DNA of 63,330 nucleotides, counting the filler, from Dirinaria sp. TL-2023a (taxonomy: Eukaryota), in NCBI GenBank assembly GCA_051941275.1. It is 34 parts of 34 records of this genome, joined end to end, with 100 filler letters (N's around TTAATTAATTAA, not from the genome) between each part and the next. Parts side by side here need not be neighbours in the genome. Positions count along the whole stretch, not along the records: positions 48,728 to 50,469 come from JAVEBF010002557.1; positions 50,570 to 52,309 come from JAVEBF010002558.1; positions 52,410 to 54,148 come from JAVEBF010002559.1; positions 54,249 to 55,986 come from JAVEBF010002560.1; positions 56,087 to 57,824 come from JAVEBF010002561.1; positions 57,925 to 59,660 come from JAVEBF010002562.1; 28 more parts are not named here. One strand, written 5' to 3'. Below the pieces are notes generated by a model. The model was not told where the DNA came from, searched no databases, and was given only the letters and a program-made list of their open reading frames with translations. Numbering within the stretch: position 1 is the stretch's first letter; each line of letters starts with the position of its first letter. Shown piece after piece: positions 48,931 through 59,760 of this stretch. Both the position numbers and the translations under genes were made by a program.

Positions 48931-49419
48931 TACCTTTAGACTAACGAATGAGACGTTGCGGCAATAAGTAAGAAGAAGAATGTTTGGAAGCTGTAAAAGA
49001 ATATCAGCACCATTGATAACCTCAGTGATATCCTGATCATCAATCAAGTGCACATAAGCTACCACCATACATACGTACCAAGGGAAACAGTGTTTTTATA
49101 TCCAGACCAACTATGGGACTTCGTGCCGTTGCCTTTGGAACCTCTGCCAAGACTCCTTGAAAGTCTTCCGACAACCTTCGGACATCTTGCCGTTTCTTAG
49201 ATATGTAAGCTATTCTGAAGTAGCTCACGTCTTTTCTTCTTACCAATCTCTCAATCCCAAGGATCATTCGATCTAATTCACTGGAAAAGCCAACGTTACA
49301 GACGCAGTAGATCTTTTATAAGCACATACAAATGCTTTAAAGAGCTCTGAGTAATCCGTTGATTTCGACAATGCGCCACAGTGTTTTGATCTATCTCCAA
49401 AACATCTTGACGCCCGATC

Positions 49420-50469
49420 CTACCATCCCACGGAGCTAAAGTCAAAATCATCGAAGCCAGGAATTCCGAGGCCGATATCACCAGGGAATATTAGTGGCGT
49501 CAAGCTGTTGTCCGTATCGTTGGTGGCCAAAGCCTCGCCAGCCATATTTGAGGAATCCGGCTCTTGGTAAGTTGTGCTGCCACCTCCATGTCCACTTTCA
49601 CTCATTTTCGTATGAGGTTGGCCTTGTATCGCGGCTTTCAAGCCACTCACAATGCTTGAAATTGGTTGAAAAGTTTGTGTGATAGCCGATGGACTGGAGC
49701 ACAATCTTATTAAACGATCCAGTTGCTGTAAAGCCCGCTCTTTGAGCGCTTCATCCAACATCTGCCAGGGCCCCTTTAAAAGAAACACCGACGCAAATGC
49801 TAGCATCGTGTAAAAGTAAGATGGCAGATTTGAACATTTTTGTACTTCGCTCCATTGACAAAAATCCTCAAGGATCCAGAGCGCACTCTGTGCAGCAGAA
49901 TGAGCAATTCTGTCAATAGTCTTCGACGGATGTTGCCGGTTTGAGAAGTCTTGGACAGAGCCTCTGAATAAGTGCGAGAATAAACATAACTTGGCTGAAT
50001 GGAAGTACATATTTAGGACCGTTTGAGCGCCTTGGTCAAGATCAACTCTGGGTCTCAGCGTCTCTATCCACTTATAGCGCCAGCTCTCGTAAATCTCACT
50101 AAATTCCTCAAGCTCAGCAAGCCTGCTGTGGACGAAAGCGCTGTCCGTAGCAGCGCCAAAGCTGTCGAAAACTTGGGTGCTGATTGACCAGAGTTCCATC
50201 TGGCTGACGAGATTAAGGTCTGATGGCAGAGAAAAGTCGCTATCAAGCAGCGCCCTTGGAGATTTCAAGGTCTTGGTGTCGCGAGTCAGGGGAGGCCTTC
50301 CGTGGCTGAGAGAACAATGATGATCACAGATATAAACAATAAAGTGCAGACGAGTACGCTCATAGCATGATTTGTCCGTATGCGGCATTTTCGTGATACA
50401 TCGATGAAGGTTCAATTCTCCAGCAATGCGGACCGCTTCTCGTAGAATCAGTGACCACTTTTTACAGTG
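49420..50469 (-). CDS. C-terminal part of a fungal Zn2Cys6-type transcription factor (middle homology region)
   Basis: EAVRIAGELNLHR...ERTRLHFIVYICDHHCSLSHGRPPL...DLNLVSQMELW. The zinc cluster itself is not on the contig. Confidence 0.75.
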   Translation of the reverse strand, partial: HCKKWSLILREAVRIAGELNLHRCITKMPHTDKSCYERTRLHFIVYICDHHCSLSHGRPPLTRDTKTLKSPRALLDSDFSLPSDLNLVSQMELWSISTQVFDSFGAATDSAFVHSRLAELEEFSEIYESWRYKWIETLRPRVDLDQGAQTVLNMYFHSAKLCLFSHLFRGSVQDFSNRQHPSKTIDRIAHSAAQSALWILEDFCQWSEVQKCSNLPSYFYTMLAFASVFLLKGPWQMLDEALKERALQQLDRLIRLCSSPSAITQTFQPISSIVSGLKAAIQGQPHTKMSESGHGGGSTTYQEPDSSNMAGEALATNDTDNSLTPLIFPGDIGLGIPGFDDFDFSSVGW

Positions 50470-50569
50470 NNNNNNNNNNNNNNNNNNNNNNNNNNNNNNN
50501 NNNNNNNNNNNNNTTAATTAATTAANNNNNNNNNNNNNNNNNNNNNNNNNNNNNNNNNNNNNNNNNNNN

Positions 50570-52309
50570 CAAGAACTGAAGAGTGCGACTATCGCTGAAC
50601 TCCAACAGATCTTGACAACGTGCCAGAACACGTGTTCGTGTGATCTCCTCAAGCTTGTCTACTACCTTTGCGTGCTTTGAAGAGACATTGTCATCTCTTA
50701 AATCGAATAATGTGTCTTCTTCCGCAAAGTGTGCGACGTCACGAGCATACAGGTCAGTGGTCATCGCCTGGAGCTGTATAATGTACAAGCGCGCTGCCTG
50801 TCTGCTATACACCCTGTCTGCTCGATCCAATATGCGTCTAAAGAACTCCTCTAATTCTGTAGATAGCTCCTGTAGCCGAGTTCGTAATTCTTCCAAGGTA
50901 CCAAGATTTATCATACCTCTAAGCAGTGATCTTACCACTAAGAATACCCAGAGAAATACCCCAGAAGATCGCTCAACTATTTCTTGCATTGCCAAGTACT
51001 CGTCTTCAGTTACTATATTTAAGCGATTATATATCTGTTGGGTAAGCTGCTGGTGAGCGAACAGCCATATGTCGTGTTGACTGAGATCTTGGAGAATGAT
51101 TCTCCTTCCTTCATTGGCTCCAAAGAAGGTTTCGAAAACGTTCCATGGTCGACTCGCCATACATAGCTTTATCGACCCCGAAGTCGTCACATCCTTGACA
51201 AGAGGCAGGATGTCGAGGATCTCGCCCTCATACTCGTCCACCCCATCAATGAAGATAGAAAATCTCGCAGAATCACATGAATCTACCTTCAGTGTCTTCA
51301 ATGATTCGAGAAGCTCACTTTTCGTCCATGGTTCCATCCGACCCAGGTTCGATTCTGGATTCCATCGGTTTGGACAAAGATAAGGAATCAGATCTGGACG
51401 CTGTTTCAGAACGCATATCAGAAGGGATTGTAGTAATCTTTGTTGACTCTTCTGCATACTTGTGCCTGCGCTTCAGAAGAAGGAACCAGCAACGACTAAA
51501 TCCTTCCCCGGCGCCCATTTCCTCAATGCTTCAATAGTCTTCGGATGGTTGTAAAGATATTTCATTAACACGGATTTCCCGGATCCTGCTTTGCCGCTTA
51601 CCCAAAATACGTCCTTGTCGGTCTGAAGCCAGTCAAAGACATTTGAACAACTCTGCATTTTGTTCGTGTCTGTGGAACCTTCATGTAGCCAGTCGTAAGT
51701 TCAAGGATGAGGGTCTTTAATGTTTCTTCCCCTCTTCGAAATTCTGGGGTAATGTAGACTCGAAATGATGTCAACCTGCTTCTGCAAAGACAAGCTCTCC
51801 CCGTGCAATCTGACCAGCCAACCACGTTGTTCCGATAGAAGCTCTGCCTCAATGCTACTACCTTTATGATGGTTATGATTCTTGACGTTTTAAGAAAGAT
51901 TTCTGCTGATGTCATTTCGGAGTCCAGAAATGTCCTCACGAACGTTAATCCCTAAGCGATGATGACTTTCTAAAAGTTCATCGAGGGCTGTTCCCAGCTT
52001 AGCTTGGGCTTGGGAGATACTCGACTGGCTTCATCTGAGAAATTGCTGTCGATCCCTGAAGAAAGCATTAGCGAGGCAGAACCGAATAGTTTTGATATCT
52101 CACAATAAAAGCGATAAAAGTCGACTTGCAAGCTGTGGCCTGTACAAGGCTAGCATGTCCATGTATCCCTTGACTTGATTTGCTTTCCAAGCATTTTTCA
52201 AAGCCTGCCGAGCACTCCTTCATGCCTTTCGTTGGCCTTGGACTTTTAAATCTTCCAACACAATCAAGAGCTCCTGACCCAACTCCTGCAGGATTCCAAT
52301 AAGGGCATT
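50570..52309 (-). pseudogene. NACHT-NTPase (fungal NLR-like) gene with in-frame stops
   Basis: Walker A WVSGKAGSGKS, Walker B IFIDGVDE, ASRPW, SSGVFLWVFLVV, and a helical N-terminal domain. TGA at 52220 (RKA*RS), 51701 (HP*TYDW) and 51473 (FF*SAGT). Confidence 0.88.
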
Positions 52310-52409
52310 NNNNNNNNNNNNNNNNNNNNNNNNNNNNNNNNNNNNNNNNNNNNTTAATTAATTAANNNNNNNNNNNNNNNNNNNNNNNNNNNNNNNNNNN
52401 NNNNNNNNN

Positions 52410-52653
52410 ACGATACGCATGATCTTATTAACTGATTTACTCAGTCAGTTTCAGACGACTGCTCTTTCTTCGAATTCTTAGACTCTTAGAGTTCTCGCAT
52501 GAAGGATTTTCTAGTATTTTGAATAGAGAAAACTGCACGTAACAAGAAAAGAGTCGACGCAGCGCTGACGCGCCGCCGATATAAGTATATAGATCTCGCA
52601 TAGGCCCCTTGTGGGTGTTGAATCGAGTAAGAATTAAAAAAAAAAAAAAAAAA
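52410..52653 (+). mobile_element. Possible 3' end of a LINE with poly(A) tail
   Basis: CC/GG-poor sequence ending GAATCGAGTAAGAATT followed by A18, abutting other repeat DNA. Confidence 0.4.
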
Positions 52654-52902
52654 TGACAATATTATTGATCTCGTCGCGTTTTTTAACTAACTCATTTCAA
52701 TCGTCGACGCAATAAAAATAGTGTGACGTTTCAGACGATTCATTTTCATCGAGTTTAGCATCTCAACAAAGCGTTTGTTTACTCAGAATTGTAACTGTGA
52801 GATCGTATGTATATTTTTCGAAATGTTTGCTTTTTCTGACTCTACGAGAGCAGTCTTTGACATCATCGATACGCGTCGTTTTTTTGTCTTTTTCAATAAT
52901 TA

Positions 52903-53315
52903 TGTAAGGTCGTATGCGCCGGTTACCCGCCGACGCAGTAGTTGTGTGAAAGACGTGGCAGTGTAATAGATTATATGGCTACCTGATACTGTAGTTCCTG
53001 CTAGAACTAATCACTAAGGACCCCCCTCCGAAAGGGTGGGTGGTCCCCTATACTTAACCGCGAGCGTTAACATTGTCCCACCATGACGAGCCCCGCGCTG
53101 GCGGGTCACGAGCGCTCGTAGGCACAATGCCCTATAAGCGTCAACCGCTCACTGGCTCCTAGTTAGCCTCGGGATACAACCTTCCGACGCTGGCTCCTAG
53201 GCGGCGCTAGCCATGCTTTAGACCCCGAAGGATTGCCCCTGGGCACCCCCGGCTGCCAAGCGGCGCTAGCCTGCATTGGTCAATATATATCAATATATCA
53301 GGTATCACTGTTACA
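52903..53315 (+). mobile_element. Intact solo LTR, family A, with 5-bp TSD
   Basis: TGTAA...TTACA, 413 nt, flanked by AATTA at 52898-52902 and 53316-53320. GC-rich within CC/GG-depleted DNA. Confidence 0.95.
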
Positions 53316-53588
53316 AATTAAGTCATGCGTTGCTGAGACGTCATTGTCAACTCATTTGAAAATTTTAATAACAGTTGTCGCGTCGACGTTTTTTCTTTTT
53401 TCTGTTTTTGAGTTTGAGCATGTGTTTGCGTTTGTTGCGTCTATGCTCTCTCGTTGACGTTTTTAGTCATTGCTGATATCATTAATCAAATCGTATTTCT
53501 TTTTTATTATCTCGCGAAACAACGAGAGCAAAGAATAAAATGGGTAAACAACAGTGTTCAGTTCAATTGTAAATGATAACACAGATGT

Positions 53589-53901
53589 TGTTGCGATTGT
53601 TTGAAACTCGTACAATTGCAAAACGAGATAAAAGATTTGATATTTTGTGTAATGTCAGAATCGATGCAGAAGATATAATTTATACAGATGTTATCAACTA
53701 AATATACAAAGCATGAAAAAGAAAAGAAATCTATGAACTAAAATCAGATATAATATGAATGTGTGAGCGTTGAACTCTGATCGATCGAATCGATCATCAC
53801 TTCGAATGCGATAGCCTCGATCAGGTCAAAACTCAACACCACACACAAAAATCTTGTAGAAAATGACCCGGGTAACAACAGTGAGAATCAGACTCGTAAC
53901 A
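53589..53901. mobile_element. LTR family D, hypermutated copy
   Basis: TGTTGCG...CGTAACA; colinear with 9505-9806, e.g. GGCCGGACCGACCACCACTCCGG -> GATCGAATCGATCATCACTTCGA. Confidence 0.85.
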
Positions 53902-55222
53902 TTAATTAAAAATTAACAACGTTTTCGTTTAAATATTTTTGAAAATGATGTAAATATTAATACAAATCTCATAATATTTGAATATCATATATCTTTTATT
54001 TTTAAAAATCATCGTTCTCGTGAAAACGAATATCAATCGCAGCGTTAATCAAATCGATTCTGTTATGGATTTTCACATGCTTCTTCCTGTGCTTCTGGGA
54101 CTAGCATTTTGGTACTAGCTTTTATCTTTTACTTCTATGGCTTTGCACNNNNNNNNNNNNNNNNNNNNNNNNNNNNNNNNNNNNNNNNNNNNTTAATTAA
54201 TTAANNNNNNNNNNNNNNNNNNNNNNNNNNNNNNNNNNNNNNNNNNNNGGACAGATCAGTGTGTATTTAGATTCAAACAGGGTACTTGTACATCAAATTT
54301 GCTTTACAGCTACTTTAGAGAAAAAACTTCTACAAATTTTCCGTCTCGGCTATTGGGCTGACACGTTGATACTCCTGCGAGCCGGGGAATGGGATTTTGA
54401 TACTGGGTTTCGCTATTGCGGATCTTCTGTTCTAGTGTGCATCTATATGATATCACAACAATTTAAGAATGCAGATAAGCCATGAGTTGGCTACGCGGCT
54501 CGGCCGTTTGCGCTCGCGTGGTCTTTGTCTGTCCTTAGCTAGGGCGAGGGCTTTTTAGGTTGGTGGGCGGAAAGGGGATTTTGATTGTAGGTTTCAAGAT
54601 ATCTGTCGCTGCAAGATGACGAGTACAGTTTTCCAAGTTGACGCTGTCTTGAGGATGAGGACTAGATGTGCCGTATGTTCTGATCTTCGCCTCGTTTGGT
54701 CGTGGGTTGGCGTTCAGAGGTATAGAATATCTATCTACTTAGTGCTCGGTGATCTTTGCTTTTGCGTCAAATCTCTAAGAGGGTGAAGGGATATCTTGAA
54801 GTTTATTTGCTTCGGGCGGCTTTAAAGTTTGTTTATGAATGACGTTTTCTTTTGGAGAGCCATCAAACTGAGCCTGCAATTTGGAGCCGGCTCTAGCAAC
54901 AAGTGAGGCACTCCTGTTGGAAATGCTGAACGGCCGCTGGTATCTCTTCCTGATAGAGCCACTGTCTCCACAAGCCATCATGTGCAGGACACCATTCGCC
55001 TGGTGAAGACATAGAGAGCGAAGTTGCAAGTTTCGCTGTGTGCATAGTTCTCTTAGCGAACCCCTCACGTTGTCTGGGCTACATCATGAATAGCCGCATT
55101 CAAGCTCCCTGCAGGTAGGATCATGATGCTGTCCGGTTGAGCCAGAGCCCGTAATCCCCACAGCGGAAAATCTTCCCTCCTTTGAGAGGGAGGAATTGAA
55201 GGACAGCGATAGAATTGACACT

Positions 55223-55866
55223 TTAACGTTTCGCCTCTGGCTGAGAGATTTCCTCTGACGGGCGAATAATCAGCCGCTGCTCCTCGCCGAGAATCACTGG
55301 TCATAATCAGCGATATTGCAATATATTATCTTATACCTCAACTAGGATTAGACGAAGGCAAACTCACAACGCTGGTACAGAACATAGCTGGTCACAATTG
55401 CGATTGGTAGGGCGACCATTATCGCGACCACTCTAGCGAAGACTTTAGTTCGCATTGAGAGGCACAGCGCATCGCAGACCCGGGAAGCCAAAGAGAAGCA
55501 ATAAATCATAGCAGAATGACGCCAAAAGAAGGTACAATCAAGCAGGGACAGATCCAAGAGGAATTCAAGTAAGTACCTTCGTTCTACCGGCTTGTAATTA
55601 GGCGGTAATTGTCCAGGTTTCCGCTCTATTTTTGCTGGAGGCGGAGGCTCAGCTACCCCCGCATCCGCGCGTGAGGATGGGATTTGAGGAGAGACCGGAC
55701 GAGTGGACGCTGCAGCGCGTTCCGTCGTTTTGTATGCGTTTGCTTTTGGCGGTATTGCATATCTTCGTGATCGTATTAGGAAGCCTTGTCGAGGGTTTGC
55801 GAGTACATATGAACTGAGTTGGGGCTTGAGAAATCTATGCAGTATCAATATCGGTGGATTCGACAT
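55223..55866 (-). CDS. Small single-TM fungal protein, 3 exons, possibly mitochondrial
   Basis: Basic N-terminus; ...PNYKPVERR|VVAIMVALPIAIVTSYVLYQRL|ILGEEQRLII...AKR*; GT-AG introns. Confidence 0.65.
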
Positions 55867-56205
55867 GATATCGACGGTCTTGGATGCTTCGCTGGGGTTT
55901 CATAGAGGGTGTTTGCAGGTCGAGGCCCTTGAAGCGACGCTGGCGGTTGAAACTTTCCAGAAGCAGTTTAGTTGTGCCAAGTCTACNNNNNNNNNNNNNN
56001 NNNNNNNNNNNNNNNNNNNNNNNNNNNNNNTTAATTAATTAANNNNNNNNNNNNNNNNNNNNNNNNNNNNNNNNNNNNNNNNNNNNCAGCTACAGCTACT
56101 GCTACAGCTGCACACTTGCTTTTTGATTCCCCATCATCCCAAAACTTCATCCACTAATCATCACCCACCTCAACTTGTTTTACTTGTAGAAAGAACATCG
56201 CAGCA

Positions 56206-57299
56206 ATGATCGACCCAATGGCTACTCTTAAGGAGTCTACACTCCCCTTCCCCTCCATCGTGCCAGTGGGCAAGGTCGTCTCGAATCAGGTAGCTGGCGA
56301 TGTCGGCACTCGAACGCTATGGTGAGCCCATTCCACCTCACTGCCAACCATACTCCTAGCTAAGCCGAGCAGGGTCGTCTTCGTTATCCAGCTGCTCTCC
56401 TCGATCGCTTTCTACGCCATGGCCTTCCGTGTCCCCGTCGTGAGTAGATCCAGGTACCTACCGAGGCCACTAAAATCCATACTCACGCTCTGCAGCAAAA
56501 ACGCATGTTCCACATCTTGACGGCTTTCATCACCACCTTCGCCGCAATCTCCTACTATGGCATGGCCATCAAGGATGGGATCGCCATCAACACAATCACG
56601 GTTGGCCACGAAATCGAGGCCGGCATCGAAATTCCATTGTACGCCAACCGCGAGGTTTACTGGGCACGTTACGTCGATTGGAGCGTCACCACCCCGCTCC
56701 TGCTCTTGGATCTCTCCTTGCTCGCCGGCTTGAGTGGGGCCAACATCCTCGTCGCCGTGGTCGCTGATGTCATCATGATTGTGACTGGTCTCTTTGCCGC
56801 CTTGACTGTCAAAGAAGCTCCCAAGTGGGGTTGGTATGCCATCGCTTGCCTTGCCTACTTGGTCGTCGTCTACCAGCTGGCTATCAACGGCCGTGGTGTT
56901 GCCTTGAACAAGGACAAGAAGACGGGCACTTTCTTCATTGCTATTGCCAGCTTCACCCTGGTTCTCTGGACCATCTATCCAATGTATGTCTTTCCCTTAA
57001 GGAAATAGTTTTGATGGCTAACACCGAGCAGTGTCTGGGGAATTGCTGATGGATCCCGTAATGTTGACGTCGACGGCGAGATCATCGCCTATGCCGTCCT
57101 CGATATCCTCGCCAAGCCAGTCTTTGGTTTCTGGCTCCTCTTCACCCACGACAACCTGTCCAAGTAAGTAGTTCCCTAGGAATCCGGTCTGAAACATTGC
57201 TGACGCCTTGCTAGCTCCGCCTCTATCGAAGGCTTCTGGGCCCACGGTATAAGCAAGGAAGGTGGCCTCCGTGTTGGTGAAGATGAGGACGGTGCATAA
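56206..57299 (+). CDS. Fungal type-1 rhodopsin (opsin), complete, 4 introns
   Basis: Helix C YWARYVDWSVTTPLLLLDL; helix G YAVLDILAKPVFGFWLL with the retinal Lys; C-terminal EGFWAHG. Confidence 0.95.
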
Positions 57300-59177
57300 A
57301 TCCAACACGCTCGCAAAAGCGGTCGAGAACGGATCCAACGCCTCGTTCCGGCAAGACAAAGTTCAAAAGTGGTACCAGATTGAACAGAAAGAAAAAAAGA
57401 AAAAGCAAAGGAAAAAAAAAAAGAGATGGAATGTGGGGCAGTGGCTGAAATAATCGGTGGAAGGTGAAAAAAAATAATCTGAACTGGCTCTCTTCTCTTC
57501 TACACAGTGTCTATTCCCCTCGTGCCCCCCCGACCCTTCAGCTTTCGAGGAGGGGAAAAAGGGCCTCGTTGATAGCATGCGCGCTCAGCTTCTGTATGTC
57601 CATAGCCCACATAGCATGTAAATCCAATATCAATTGATTGCCGCTTAGTCGTTACTTTACCCCTATTTCATTCCCTACATTTCACAATGCCTCGGAAAAA
57701 AATAAAATAAAAAAAAAATTCCCCACCCTATCTTTCCCTTCTGCCTCTCTCATTTTACATATATACCGTATCTTCTCCCCTTCCTTCCCTCAAGTACCCT
57801 CAAGTACTCAGCCCACCCCACCACNNNNNNNNNNNNNNNNNNNNNNNNNNNNNNNNNNNNNNNNNNNNTTAATTAATTAANNNNNNNNNNNNNNNNNNNN
57901 NNNNNNNNNNNNNNNNNNNNNNNNGTATTGCCGGTTATAAGCCTCTCCCTCGTCAAGATAGCCGTCTTACGCACCTTCATGGACTCTCAGGGACCATGGC
58001 AGGTCATCTCGAAACACTAGAATTTAATGATGGCTGAAGCTTTACTGCGAGCAATTCAGCCAATTTCTAGATCTGATCTAAAAAGTAGGATGGTAATCGC
58101 CACTGCTATTTTTAAATGATGACTCGTGTGCATTAACTAACACCATTTATCAATGACTAGAGCAACATAGGAATTCGACAATCTATCGTCTATGGAGCGG
58201 CAGGACAATTGAGCACTGCTCTGGATCCATGGTTTTTAAGACTCCTCTCTGTTCAGATCTAGCCACAACCGCTGCCGGGAAACTGCTATATTGTCTGAAT
58301 ATTCCCTCTTTCAACGGATTTTTCAGTTGCTGTTGATCGCGGGATCAATAGAATGTCGGTCAGGTTTCCTACAAGCCTGTATCATTGTCTGGTCAATGCC
58401 CTATTGACTTATTTGGTCTGACAGCGATAGCCTCGAGGCTTTGTGATACCCATCACATTGCTGGTCATTCGATCGACTGTATTCAGTCTAAAAATTGAGT
58501 CGAGGCCTCGCCTCGAACTGCTCTGGCTCATGCGTGAAGATGTAGCATCCACTTATCATACATGACTAAATGCTTTTGCTTGCCCTGGTATTGGCTATCA
58601 GCGTCAGTGATTTTCTTTTCAGCGGCTTCCTAAAACATTAATCTCCTCATTGATGACGTTCAAATCTGATACCCATGCAGCAAAATCTTGTACGGACTGA
58701 CTAAACATTTCAACGTTGGCGTGAAAGTTGAAAGGGTAGCTGGAACATGTCTCGGAGTAGGCAGAGTTAAAGTGACTCTTCTTCTCTCGCCTTGATCGTA
58801 GCCAACCTCGAGGGCAGATACATCATTGTAGGGAAGAGATCTTTGCACTTGGCTGACTCGGCTGGGCAGAGGGATGGAGAGACCTCGGACCGACCATCTT
58901 CCCGAGCATATCTCCGATGTTTATCCGGCTCACGGATCCTGTCAAGGGATGAATGAATCTTGTTTTGCCCTAACCTACTTAGTATTAGTCAGGTAAGTGG
59001 TCAGATACTATCTACATGTATTGGCGACCCGTTTTTAGGAGGTCAAAGATATATTCTAGTTATATAGGGGGTCAAGTAGACCCTGGAAAACATCATGGCG
59101 TTCAATGATTTCCAACAGGAAGTACGTGATGCCGCCATAAAGTAGTTCTGCTATTGTACCCTCAATATTCGTGCACA

Positions 59178-59660
59178 ATGGCCGACAGCGCGGACGTCAG
59201 ACCGGCCGCGAGACCTGGCGTCGAGATTCTGAATCTCCTCTTGCCGATGTTCTCTGGCCAAAAGGATGACTTTGGAAAAGAAAAAGTGCCTCCGTTACCG
59301 CTTTCCTTTGACCGCGTGAATGATGGACAACCTCCACGGTCAAGTGCGCCATTGTTCAAACTACCGGTCGAAATCCTAAGTGCAATACTACAGCATTTTG
59401 AGCCCGAATCTGTCGCTTCGCTTGCGCTGGTCAACCGTGACTGTCTTCAATTGGCGCGTTCACGTCGATTTGCGAGCGTCGAGCTAAATTACAGCTTTTC
59501 GAGTCGGAAGCTTCTCAAGAAGATCGCAGTGGAGGCCTCACCTCAGCATTTCAGTCCGAGTGAGATCTCAACTTTGCCAAAACTGGGACCCTGTATTCGA
59601 CGTATCACAGTCGCCACACATCCAGGCTGGATTGCGCATCTCCACGGCGTTAGCCTAGAT
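59178..59660 (+). CDS. F-box domain protein, 3'-truncated
   Basis: LFKLPVEILSAILQHFEPESVASLALVNRDCLQLAR. Confidence 0.8.
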
Positions 59661-59760
59661 NNNNNNNNNNNNNNNNNNNNNNNNNNNNNNNNNNNNNNNN
59701 NNNNTTAATTAATTAANNNNNNNNNNNNNNNNNNNNNNNNNNNNNNNNNNNNNNNNNNNN

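Noticed and set aside
17288..50469. A secondary-metabolite cluster made of GMC, O-methyltransferase, oxidoreductases, MFS and TF
   Set aside because: The genes are on separate contigs ordered by length, so adjacency is meaningless except for the TF-MFS pair.
26934..52222. Alternative genetic code with UGA = Trp
   Set aside because: Intact genes use TGG for Trp and TGA as a stop (e.g. the permease at 35352-35354). GG->GA mutation explains the TGAs and also alters Gly and Pro codons.
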